Source of the DNA: Cyanophora paradoxa CCMP329
Lineage: Eukaryota; Plantae; Glaucophyta
Length of the DNA stretch: 64,000 nt
Assembly (NCBI GenBank): GCA_004431415.1
Contig: QPMI01000136.1
Location: forward strand, 62,001 to 126,000
Direction: 5' to 3'
Of the stretch, positions 32,091 through 43,387 are shown piece by piece. The notes under the pieces were generated by a model. That model was not told the origin of the DNA. It ran no database searches and saw only the letters and a list, made by a program, of their open reading frames with translations. The position numbers and the translations under genes were made by a program. Positions within the stretch are counted from its first letter, which is position 1. Each line of letters starts with the position of its first letter.

Positions 32091-33934
32091 CACGGCACGT
32101 CTGCGGTTCCGAGTTGCGGCCGGCCTCGAGCCTGAGGTGCACACCCCTTCCCTTCCCCCCTGGCGCGGGGCAGGGAGGGGGCCTGCGGGCCCGGAGTGAG
32201 ACGTGGGTGTGCAGGTGAGTACGGCAGGAGGCTCGGGAGGAGGGGCGGGACGACGGATGCCCCAGCATTGAGGCGGGTGGATGCATTTATGCGTGTTCCA
32301 TTCTGATGTGGCGCGCGCTCGCCCGCGCGCGCTCGCCCCACCTTTTGTACAGGCTGAGCCGACGTAGAGTGGGGGAGTGGGGGGCATGGGGGTACGGGTC
32401 CGATGTCGAGCCCTAGGCCTCAGTCCTCCTGATCCACGTAGGCTTTCTAATGGGCCGCATTCTGACCAGCGTGCAACTAAACGCCGCTATACCGTTGTGA
32501 AAATCAGAGTTCAACTTTGTCCTCTCCGAAAACCGCGTGTCCGGGCCTATAGCTAACCATAATGTACATGTGGCTTCTTCGAATTCGGCCGCGGGGCCGG
32601 GGCTACGCCGTGTGACGGGTTGATGGGGGTTCGCGGGCCGGCGCCGCGGCCCGGCGGTATACGTAGCCGGAAGAGCGACGAGCTTAAGGAGCCGCTGAGC
32701 ACGGCGCGTGGGAATCGGATTTTAAGATTGCAAAGTTCGGAGCCGCGGCGCGGCCCCGGGCGCCGGCCGGCACCATGCAAGACAAGGCATAGGGGTATAC
32801 GCACAACGGATCAACGCATACGCTAGTACTAGTATAGTACGTATACTCAGCTGCAGTATATCGTATACGTAGTACGTAAACTTGCGCCTTCGAAGTCAAG
32901 TGCAAGCCTTGAAGGCGCCGCCAGGTCGCACGGCAGGCCGGCACTGCGGCATCTAGCCTAGGCCTCCGCTAGCCTAGTAGTGTTACTGCATTAGGCGCGC
33001 GCCGCTCACTCGAGCTCGACGTTCAACGGTTGTTCGACAAGTTCTAGTAACGAATCGTCACACACACGGCGTCGGCCGCGCGGCGTCTACGGCCAAGCTC
33101 AAGGTGCGGTCAATTGCAAGATGCCAATGCTAGCTATAGGAGGCATCTGTACATGTAGCTATAACCTCGCGCGTATGGTTAGCAGCACGAGCTAGAGCTT
33201 CCAGCGAGTCCATGGCCAGCCCGCGGCCGCGGCCGCGTGCCGGCGCGGCATCCGCAAGTTCCATCATGATCAGTCGCCCACCGGGCATGGCCAATTGCAC
33301 CGCAACAACGCTATAGCTATGAAGAGGGCCCAACTTGGCAATACTATGATATATGAGCATCCGCGTGTACGGCAGCCGCAGACGGATTGCCCTTGGGCAT
33401 GGCCATGTTAACGTTATGCGCATGCATGCATATGTGCCGACGTCGATGCCGACGTCGCCGGCGCGGGCCAGCTGCAGCCCGGCGGGTCAGCGCTAGCATG
33501 CGTATGCATATGTCTGACCCATAAGCGGCACGCCTGCGCAGCTTCCGGCGGGCGTGGTGTTTGAACGCGCACGTGCACGTGCAAGCAATATTCATGGATG
33601 ACGACGCAGGTGCATCTCGCCTGGCCCGGTGCCACTGGGCCAGCAGCCGCAGCTGCTTCGAACTCGCAGCGCCCGGATGTGTCGATGTCGCCGGCGCCGT
33701 GCACGCCGTGTGTGTGACATGGCCCTGTGCGCAGACCGGGAGGCGCCGGCGCCGGCGCCGGCGCACGCGCGATCAACACGAGCTGCAGGCTCGAGCTCGC
33801 CGGCTCCGGGGCCGCACGTACACGCAGCAGAGGCCGAGGCCGCAGCCGCAGGAGGATCGCAAGATGCAGTCGCCGTGCGCACGCGATCGCGAGCGCCCCC
33901 ACGCGAGCTCCCGTCCCAGCCCCGCACTCACCGG

Positions 33935-34968
33935 ATGCATCTGCAGACCCGAATTCCCAGAAGCGTCCTTATCGAGTGGCGACCGCAGCGCGAGCATTTC
34001 CCCGCGGATGCGTTCTCCGGTGCGGAAGATTTCGGGCGCGCTCTGGCCTGGCTCGAGGACCGCAAGACCCAGGATTGCTATCCAATCTTCAGCGCGCTCG
34101 AGTACCAACGTTCCGGTTTCGGGGCTATCAACAAACGGTCTCGTGCTGCAGCGTCGATAGGGCGACTGCATCCCGACAAGTGGCCCAACAAAACCCAAGA
34201 GGGGATCAAGTACATCACGCAAGTGATCCAGCAGCTCCTCGACGAGCTGGAAGCTCTGCGCACGTTTTCCACCGATGCGGCGGAAGACGAGCGCGATGCG
34301 GCGGCGGCCGAAACCTTTCTGAGCAACAGAGTCCCCTTTCAGTGCGAAGATCAGAGTGCCGAGGAGAGCGAAGCCGAGGACCCTCGTGAACACGAACGTG
34401 TGGAGGAGATCGTTCAGCTCGTCCTCGACAACCTGTGGAAGACAAAACGGTCGTGGAGGGAGCACTACCAGAGGCATTCGTTGTGGAAACAGTTCATCCG
34501 AGAACTGGTCGAGTCGGGGAGGATCGTTCGTTCGGGTGCGCAAGGCGCTCGCATGCGTCGACTCGGCCGCAAACTCGAGCTCTGTGCATCTGGCCAGGTC
34601 GAGCAAAAACTCGACCGCAAACTCGAGCTCTCGAGCTCAGTCGCTGTCCAATCTGCCCCACACCGGCTTCAGCTCCCAATCGCCAGAGCTCGCTCCCTGG
34701 AGGCAGTTCTTCAGCCAGGCGACTCGATGCTGGCGTCTCGGTCGACGTCTTGCTGGCGTTTGACACGAAGGGTGCGGAGCTGGCAGCCCGGGTCTACCCG
34801 GAAGATAGCCGGCGTGATCTAGACGCTTTGTTTCGTTTGATCAACAAGGCCTCGATCGAACGAAAGCTCAAAAAGAACGACAGGGCGAAAGAGAACGCCG
34901 AGAATGAACGCAGGTTCGAATTCTCTTACCTTTTCGCTCAAAGAGAAAAGAGCTCGCATTGCATATAA
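33935..34968 (+). CDS. Divergent J-domain (HPD) protein, exon structure uncertain; may continue into 35290-37565
   Basis: YPIFSALEY...AINKRSR...RLHPDK followed by a helix. Confidence 0.5.
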
Positions 34969-35289
34969 TTCCAAAATGCCTTTTGACCGGCCGCCTTTTT
35001 TTCTGCGGCCGCAGGCTTGAAAAGCAACGCAGGTTCTCTGGCTACTTTCTTTTTCAAAAGCATAAGGCTCACATTACATTCAACGTTCCCTTCAAATTTT
35101 GACCGGCTGCAATTTTTTCTGCGATCGCAGGGAGCTTTCGGAGCTTCAGAATTCGAACGGCTCCCAATCTGAGAGCCCGCAGAATCCACCCCCGGCCGAT
35201 CGCGAGCGCGACGATGCAAGGTTTTTATATTCTCTTGCATTACGATTGCATATATGCGCGCCGGATTATTGATGTAATCTGCAGAGGGG

Positions 35290-37565
35290 CCGGTTCCGAC
35301 GCGGAAAGTGAGTTCAAGCCTGACGACGACGAGGGACCCTCTAAATCTGAAGACGAGGCCCTTGCGGACCTCGAGAAGGAGAATGGTGACGGCTCCACGG
35401 GGGCGCACGTCCAGAACGAGGAGGAGGAGGACGATGGTACCGGCGACGAGGGTGCACGTGCAGCGGGGGCAGGCCGCGGCCGGACCGGTGCGGGCAAACA
35501 AGGCAGGTCGTCTTCGGGACCGAGCGCAGGCGTTGAGCGGGACGACAAGCCCGCGTGGGACAAGCAGCCCGAGAGCATTCACAACGCAGAAAGGACGGCT
35601 CTGATACTGTGCAAGTGGACGCGAACTCGGGTCGAATCCTCTCCTCAGGATCAATTGTTTCCGTCAGCTGCAGCTGCACCCGATGCGCCCCCGGACGCTG
35701 ACGCCGACCTGTTGATGAAAGATGCCTCTGCCTCGAATGTTCTTGATCTTTTCGTCCTTGAAGAGGAGGAGTTCAAGGAGACAACGCAGAAGAGCATCGT
35801 GAAAGCAATGGCTGTGACGCATTGCGAACAGAACGTCAAGGCAGCAGCAATCCTCTCGGGGAGCTCCCTCTTGTACAAACTCGACTGCGACGAGAATGAC
35901 GAGAGTGGCTGGGCGCGGCCCTTTTTGTTGCAGGTCACGAATGAAAAGACATTGGATTCGCTGGCGGAACGCAAGTGCGGCCTCAGCCACAAGGAGCTTC
36001 TGGCGATCTTGTCCGAGCACCGTGAAGAGAGAGTCGCTCGTCTCATAGAAAGGATGCAAGACAAGCAGAGACAGGTTCACCCGGTTTTGCATCGCATATG
36101 TCCCTGTATGGAATCTTGTGTTTCTTATGATCGTGATCAGGTGGAAAAGGAGAAGGCCGAGATTGCAAAGGAGTTTCCAGATAAATCGCCGGCGGAGCTT
36201 GCAAAATTGGTATCTGGGTACCACAACAAAGTGAACAACCAGCTCCCGTCAAAGTGGGTCCGGGAAGTGGAGAACATCGGAAAGGTTCGCGTTTGTTTTT
36301 CGAGCTTGCCACGGACCGTCGGACTCGCACACGATTTTCAGCAAAATACAAAATAAGCTATAGGCTTGCACGTTTCCCCCTTTCCTAGATCATTTTTTCG
36401 GATTAATCCCCCGTATTTTTCTGCGTTGAATGGCTCCAATATAATTCGCTACTTCACTGCTTCATCGAATTTTTACGCTCCGGGGTACGGGCAGGTGTGC
36501 GAGGCATTCGAGACGCTCGCCCAGATGCCGCCACCGCAAGAGGTCGTGGTGGCTGACCTCAAACACCTCGGGACCTATCTCGCGCCACGCATTCGGGACA
36601 AGCACGGGGGAGGCAACGAGTACCATTCGAACTTGATCTCTCTCATCGAAGCTCAGCTGATCGAACGCTTTGCGCGCGCACTTCCGGAGGGGCCCGTGCG
36701 GCGCGCCGGCGATCTGCAGGCGGCGCTCAGCTTGGCTTTGGCCCGAAAGGCCGTCGCGAGCCGGTGGCTACGGAGAGTCCAGAACAAAACGACTTCAAGG
36801 CCGAGAAAAGCGAGTGCCGAGGATAAAGGAGCTGATTCCAAGAAGACGGCCGAGGAAATCCTGGAGTCGTATCTGGAAAGCGAGTACGGACTGGAAACCC
36901 GTATCGCGCAGGCGGAGGAGGAGTTAAAGCTTGCAAAGGAGGCCCTGGACGAAGCTGCAGCGTCCATGCTCAAAGAGCTTGTCACCAACCCGGCACGCTC
37001 GGAGGCAGAGCGTATCCTCCACAAGCGTCAAGGCATCGAAATCGATGAAGCACAATACAAATCGAAGTCGAAGAATTCGAAGCGAAAGGTGGGTGGGGCG
37101 GCAGCATCTCCAGCAGCGAAGAAGCAGAAGAAACAGCGGTCGCCATCTGGCTTGCCCTCGTCCCATCCTGCTCCCTCGGCGTCGACGGCGGCCGTTGTTG
37201 CAGAGCATGTTCCACCGCTCCCGGCTCCGGCTCCCGAGCCCGCATCTCTTGATGGCATCGTCGGCGACGGGGGCATCCCAGCTGCAGCCCCGCGCACTTC
37301 TCGTCAATCAGCAGCCTCGGGCTCGGCAACCCAACCACTGCCGGTCCCCAAGCCTCGCGCTCCCCCTCGAGCTCCATCATCCGAGCCCAGGCCTGCGACG
37401 GCAGCGCCCGGCGGGAGGGTGGAGGTGTCGACTCCGGCTGCAGCTCCGCCCGACCAGCACCCAGCTGCTGCCGGAACTCCGGCGGCACCAGCTCCGACCT
37501 TGGCATCTGTGCCCACCCCGGCTGCAGCGTCGAGCTCGGGCGCGGAGGAGGCTCGCGGTTCTTGA
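35290..37565 (+). CDS. Hypothetical multi-exon protein (intron ~36284-36494), acidic N-terminus and Pro/Ala-rich tail
   Basis: ORFs 35214-36356 and 36366-37565 with AAG|GTTCGC donor and GGGCAG| acceptor. Confidence 0.5.
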
Positions 37566-38125
37566 TATCGATGCGGTCCTAACATGATCACTAGGTGCGT
37601 TTTCCATATCAACGTGCAACACCGCGCGCGAAATCTGCCGCATGCGGCCTCGGTGTCCACTTTTTAAAAATGATATATCCCGTCGCAGTATGTACCCTCT
37701 TACGGCGAGAGGCTGGTCGACCGCGCGTTTTTGGACGGGCTGGCGTCGGGATTCGAGCTCGGAACACTCTCAAGCTATCGCAGGCTAGGGCAGCAACGTA
37801 AAAAACCAGGTCGACATCCTGGATTGTTGCGCGCCTTTTTCTCTCTCTTTTTTGGCCGGACGACGCTGCATCTACCGCGTAATTACAATCAAAATTGCAT
37901 CCTTTGTTTTATTCTCGCCGATTCGCCTGCTCTTTAACCGAATTATTAAATTTAAAGGCCGGGTATTGATGTGGGAATGGATCCGGAAGATCTAGAGATG
38001 GGGTGGGTCACCGAGAAGAGGGTTTGCCGAGGTGACGAGGCTGAGGCATGGCTGCACATGTACACGTGGACATGTAATTTGCAAGGGTCAAGTATTTATG
38101 TGGGTGTCGGGGCGCCCTGCGGCGG

Positions 38126-39000
38126 GGGGTACGGCACGCACGTGCACGGTCCTTGGTGGGGAGATCGGCCTCTTTGCGGCCAGTCCCCATGTACCCCTCC
38201 GGAAGAGCCGGCGGCGCAGTGCTGACCGGCATGCCGCCTCGTACGGGACCAAGGGTGTCTGCAGAGGGGGGTACCGTACGGCACGCGCGTGCACGGTCCT
38301 TGGTGGGGAGATCGGCCTCTTCGCGGTCAGTCCCCATGTACCCCTAGGCCTCTGGAACTCGGAAGGGCCGGCGGCACGGCCTGACCAGCATGCCGCCTCG
38401 TACGGGACCAAGGACGCCCTGCGGAGGGGGTACGGCACGCGCCTGCACGGTCCTTGGTGGGGAGATCGGCCTCTTCGCGGCCAGCCCCCATGTACCCCCC
38501 TCCGGAAGGGCCGGCGGCACGGCCTGACCAGCATGCCGCCTCGTACGGGACCAAGGACGCCCTGCGGAGGGGGTACGGCGCGCGCCTGCACGGTCCTTGG
38601 TGGGGAGATCGGCCTCTTCGCGGCCAGCCCCCATGTACCCCCCTCCGGAAGGGCCGGCGGCACGGCCTGACCGGCATGCCGCCTCGTACGGGACCAAGGA
38701 CGCCCTGCGGAGGGGGTACGGCACGCGCCTGCACGGTCCTTGGTGGGGAGATCGGCCTCTTCGCGGTCAGTCCCCATGTACCCCTCTGGAACTCGGAAGG
38801 GCCGGCGGCACGGCCTGACCAGCATGCCGCCTCGTACGGGACCAAGGACGCCCCGCAGAAGGGGTACGGCACGCGCGTGTACGGTCCTTGGTGGGGGGAT
38901 CGGCCTCTTCGCGGCCAGCCCCCATGTACCCCCCTCCGGAAGGGCCGGCGGCACCGTGCTGACCGGCATGCCGCCTCGTACGGGACCAAAGGCACCGGCG
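38126..39000. repeat. Tandem array of about six 143-150 bp units
   Basis: CACGGTCCTTGGTGGGGAGATCGGCCTCTT...GCATGCCGCCTCGTACGGGACCAA recurs; period 143 (38454, 38597, 38740). Confidence 0.95.
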
Positions 39001-39818
39001 CCCTGCAGAGGGGTACGTACACGTCGCGCACGTGCAAGGCCCTCGAGCTTGATGCATATGGGGGGATCGGCCTGATCGTGGACGGTCCCCCTTCTACCCC
39101 CCCTAAGCTCGCCGAGTCATGCCCTCCTCCAGATCTGGATCTAGCTATAGCTACCCTCCTCGAGCTCGGCGCTCGCTGATCAGCATGCATATGCATATGC
39201 GGCCAATCATTGAATTAAGAAACCAAGGCCTAGGGGATCCGGAGGCCTAGCTATACTATGATAGGGCGCGGCTTTACTACGTACGATGTTTATAAACTAA
39301 TCATAAGTAATATAACAACAACGTACTACGGTACCTGTATATGACTCAAGGTGGTCAACATGCGGCCGCTTACGTATACGATACCATGTATATACGTACA
39401 AGACCATTCCCGCATGCAAGAATGACATTCCGCCGGGGTACACGCATCCAGTCCTCCCAAATCCCTCCCCCTACCTCCGGCGCCGGCCCCATGCATATGG
39501 CCAGGTGCACATGCCCCAGTGGGTCGGAGGCCCGCATACATATACATGATCATGATCATGAGCACTCAGCGACTATATAGCTAGGCCTCCGAGGCTCGCA
39601 AGCCAGTTTCCAAGTTTCGACTGCTCAAGTCTCTGGTATCGATCGTGATCGGAAATGAAGAAATGCAAGCCAATGCACGAGTCGCCGACTCACCGACTCA
39701 CCGGGCCGCGGGGCGCGGGGGGAGAACTTCGAAAAATTCGAGGCGGCGCCCAAGCTCTAGATCTACTAGTACTTGCAATTAAGATTGAATCTATCGAGAT
39801 CTCGATCTGCAGTAGAAG

Positions 39819-40298
39819 ATGCGCCTCCTCTGCTCAGACGGGGCGATCATCGAATGCCCCGGGGCCCTCGCTGCGGATAGCGAGCTCCTCGTCGACGTCT
39901 CCGAGTGCTCCGACGCTCAGACAGCCGCCGTCCCCGTGCCCCTCTCCTCCCCCGTGCTCATCGCGGCGGGGATCGCCCTGAGAGATCCGTCGGCCCCTCG
40001 CGATCGGCCCTTTTCCTCCCTTGAGATCCCTCGCAACGCCCCGCGCCCGCAGGCGGCCGCCGCCCTTTCCCTCGTCATCCGGCTCGCCTGCGCTGCAGAG
40101 TTTCTTCGCGCCCCGAAGCTCGCCCGCGCGTGTGCCGAGCTCGCCGAAGGCGCTGTCGCGCACGAGGAGGTTCTCGCTCATTTCTGGAACGATCCTCGCC
40201 AAACGACGGACGCCGGTGCAGCTGCAGCCGGGGCTGCCGCCGAGCTCGGGGCAACGCAAACACGGCGCGCGCCGAAGCGCAAGTTGATCTGCAGCTAG
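39819..40298 (+). CDS. SKP1: Divergent Skp1-like (POZ) protein
   Basis: MRLLCSDG...SELL...VPVPLSSPVL and LACAAEFLRAPKLARAC parallel Skp1 KLxSSDG, PVPLP and LILAANYL..L. Confidence 0.65.
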   Translation: MRLLCSDGAIIECPGALAADSELLVDVSECSDAQTAAVPVPLSSPVLIAAGIALRDPSAPRDRPFSSLEIPRNAPRPQAAAALSLVIRLACAAEFLRAPKLARACAELAEGAVAHEEVLAHFWNDPRQTTDAGAAAAGAAAELGATQTRRAPKRKLICS

Positions 40299-41319
40299 AT
40301 GTAGAGGGGAGATCGGACGCATCGTGGTCACCCCCACCAGTACTAGTAGTACTAGTACTCGTGTTGTACTCGCCCCCTTCCCTAGCCTTGCGCCGGCGCC
40401 GGCGGCGTGACTAGTACTTTCCGACAATATAAATTCTATATATATATAATGATCATGACCACGCCGTGACGTGCACCGTACGGGTGCATGCGCACGTGTC
40501 GGTGTCGCATTGCAATTGGCCCCTCTAGATCAGCCCCGGGAGGCTAGGGGGCCGCCGGGCCGGCCCCTGCGGCCGGGGCCGCGCGCGGGGATCGGGTCGC
40601 CGTGCGTGATCATGACGCCTCGCCACGGCCGGCGCCGCGCGCGCGGTCCTTAACCTTAACGGGGCGATCGGCCTCATCACGGTCATCCCCTTTGTCCCCC
40701 GCATGCGCACATGCACTCTAGTTGACGTTGTGCATACATGCGCACGCGCATGACACGGCGACGCCGACTCTAGATCTCAGCGACCAGCATGCAGCCGCGT
40801 ACGGAACAAAAGGGTTCAACGCGTACGGTTAATGTTCCCGCAACCGAGCTCGAGATCTATAGCTGTATAGCTAGACGCACGGCGCGCATGTGCACGTGCA
40901 CGCGCGCATGCATGCGCGGTCCTTGCAAGCTTAAGCTGATATCAATGGGGACATCGGCCTCATCGCGGTCACCCCTGCTCTAGATCTAATTGCACAGCGC
41001 GCGGCGGTACCGACCAGCATGCGGCCACGTAGTACGGTACGAGTTTAGGGCGCCCTACAATACTGCAGGGTTCGCATTCGCGGCGCAGTAGCGGCAGTAC
41101 CAGAAAACTGCACTTACATTGGGCTCCATGGGGGTACTGAAGTTTTAAAACTGCGTTCGCCGGCATGGCGCCAGCTACAGCCGCAGGCCTGCCAGACCGA
41201 TTGCAAGTGCCGGTGCGCGACGCGTTGGCGCCAGCTGCAGCAGCAGGCCTGCCCGACCAAATAGCGGTGCGCACGGTGTGCTTGCGACAGCTGCAGGTCG
41301 CCCGCCCACTTACGCCCTT

Positions 41320-42539
41320 CTGCAGACAGTCCCTGCAACTCCAATCCTCCTTTGGGCCCCCAAACAGGGCGAGCGAGGCCCAGGAGACATTGCCTATCCG
41401 ATCTTCGACGTGCAAGCGTACGACGACGGCGGCATCAATGTCATTAACCAGCGATGGCGGCAGTTCTGCTTGTTTTTCCACCCCGACAGAGTCGCCGCGC
41501 GTTACGAGCTGGCGCAGCAGTCCCAGGGCAGCATCCCTGGCTCCAGAGCTAGGCTGAGCAGCGGTCAGCTCCAGCATGCTACGAGCCAGTTCGCAACAGC
41601 CATCAACGAAATGAAGGAAGTGAGGGAGCTTGCGGCCAGTGGCAACAGCGGCGAAGAGATTCGTGCGGCCCTGCACGGCCTCTCCGAGGTCGAGGATCGC
41701 GTGGAGCAGGCTCGGCAAACCGCGCTAGCCAGCGGCGGCAAATACGATCCATCCTGGGCCGTACCGCCGTCGGGGCGTTCGGACGAGGCCGCCGTTCGGG
41801 AGTTCGTGCGCCGCCTGATGGAAGAGCCCCTCTTCGAACAGATCCATCGCCGGAGCTCTTCTCACGAGCCTTTCTACCGCTTCATCTGCGCCCGGCTAGA
41901 TCAGCATCCGGACCCGGTTGGAGCTTACTGGACATCCGGCACGTTCATGCGCGCGCGCCCTCACCCCTTCGCTCGATGCGTGCCTGCTCTGACCTTGAGA
42001 ATCTTCGGGCAGAACGAGCCTGGATCCCGCTCCAGTTCACGATGTGGCACTCGGAGGCGCTCGCCGAGCTGAGGGTTCGTGACTTTCCGTGGAACGAGGA
42101 GGTCAACAAGGGCTGCTGCCCCGGTTGTGAGAAGCCTCTCTACACCGCCTTTCGACTGGGCGGCGGGACGTGTGGCCGGGGGCACAGCGTCTGCATCGAC
42201 TGCATGTCGTTCCAGCCGATGTTCCGCCGGCGCTTCTGCTGCGTTTGCGAGCCCGACCGCGCCGGCCTCGACGAGTCGGGCATGCTCTGTGCAGGTGTCC
42301 CCTACGCGTGGGATCAGCTCAGCGTGAATTTGGCATCGGCTTCTTCGCCGGCAGCAAGCGAGGAGTGCGCGCGGCGGTTCGAGGAGCTGCTCGGTTTCAT
42401 CCGCGACGGAATGGTGGACAAGGCCCTCGGGGAAGAACGAAGAAAGAGGCCCCGGGCCCGGCGCAGCGAAGGTTCGCGTGAAATCGGATCCCCTGATTCT
42501 TTTGGAAAACGCCAACTCTGTAGCAGACGACGAAGATGA
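41320..42539 (+). CDS. J-domain (HPD) protein with C-terminal RING-like Cys cluster; putative intron ~41951-42012; start uncertain
   Basis: YPIFDVQAY...INQRWRQFCLFFHPDR; CPGC...CGRGHSVCIDC...CCVC. Confidence 0.55.
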
Positions 42540-42928
42540 GCCACTGTCGTCCGGAGGGGCAGTTCCTGCACTGCAAGGGGGCGGGGACCGGGAGGGGGCC
42601 CCCTAGGGTTATTTTTAGAAACGGTCTGGGATCCGCACCGAAAATGTTTTTGATCTCTTTTAACACCCCCAAGTCCTTGCGATGCGCTGGTGCGGGGCCT
42701 GGATTTTTTCTTTGCGGTTTTTTGGTGGGGTCGGGATCTGTATTGGATTTAAAGTAGTTTTTATATATTATAAAGTAGTTTATTATTTATCTTATTGTTA
42801 TCAGTCTGAGACTCTATGAAAATCGATTGACCTTAGTGTGAAACAGTGCGCCCCGCCCACTATGCAAGATACATGCCTTTCTTATGCATGATCTATGAAA
42901 AATAACAATACGATCTGCAAAAGGGCTC

Positions 42929-43020
42929 TTAGATGTTTGAGCTCCCCATCAATGAAGCTACTTGGGCTTTCAGAGTTTGCATCTCTTGTGTGAGTTCTTG
43001 AATTGCTTTGGTATACGCCT
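42929..43020 (-). pseudogene. C-terminal remnant resembling a tail-fibre intramolecular chaperone (peptidase S74) coiled coil
   Basis: TKAIQELTQEMQTLKAQV*-type ending. Confidence 0.4.
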
Positions 43021-43068
43021 CCGAAATTATTTTCAGACACAGAACCACACTAATACACACTAAGAAAC

Positions 43069-43365
43069 ATGGCGACCTATCCGGAGGCGTATACCAAAGC
43101 CTGTCCCGACGTCTTTCTGGACATCGAAACCGTAACGACCAATGTAACAAAGGCTGGGTGTTCTATGAATAGCATGAATGAAAATCAGCTAAATCAGTCC
43201 AATTTCTCAAAGAGACGCTTTCAGAAACGAGTAGATAAGTATGTAAACGCTGCCTCATGTGATTTCAATCACCTCATACACTGTGCTAAGAAGCATCATT
43301 TGCGAGGAGTTGTTAGGCTTAGACTCCAACAGAAACTCGCGAATCGCGCCGAAAATGAGAAATAA
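43069..43365 (+). CDS. Hypothetical protein upstream of pPolB
   Basis: ATG ORF, syntenic with 10863-11180. Confidence 0.55.
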   Translation: MATYPEAYTKACPDVFLDIETVTTNVTKAGCSMNSMNENQLNQSNFSKRRFQKRVDKYVNAASCDFNHLIHCAKKHHLRGVVRLRLQQKLANRAENEK

Positions 43366-43387
43366 AAATGTTCCCTTAGAGTAAAAG

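Larger units (their letters stand above)
16975..32500. mobile_element. GC-rich, intronised virus-like element (helicase, F-box, TFIIB, GIY-YIG, Ulp1-YR); boundaries uncertain
   Basis: Compact cluster of virus/mobilome-type genes; no capsid gene or terminal repeat seen in the window. Confidence 0.55.

Noticed and set aside
16714-33900. Many long Arg/Pro/Gly-rich overlapping ORFs (e.g. 17410-19872 -, 19596-21914 -, 22155-23705 -, 23836-25317 -)
   Set aside because: Shadow frames of GC3-rich genes or GC-rich non-coding DNA; no motifs
38126-39000. CRISPR array or repeat-protein ORFs
   Set aside because: Whole units repeat with no unique spacers and no cas genes; the ORFs are products of high GC
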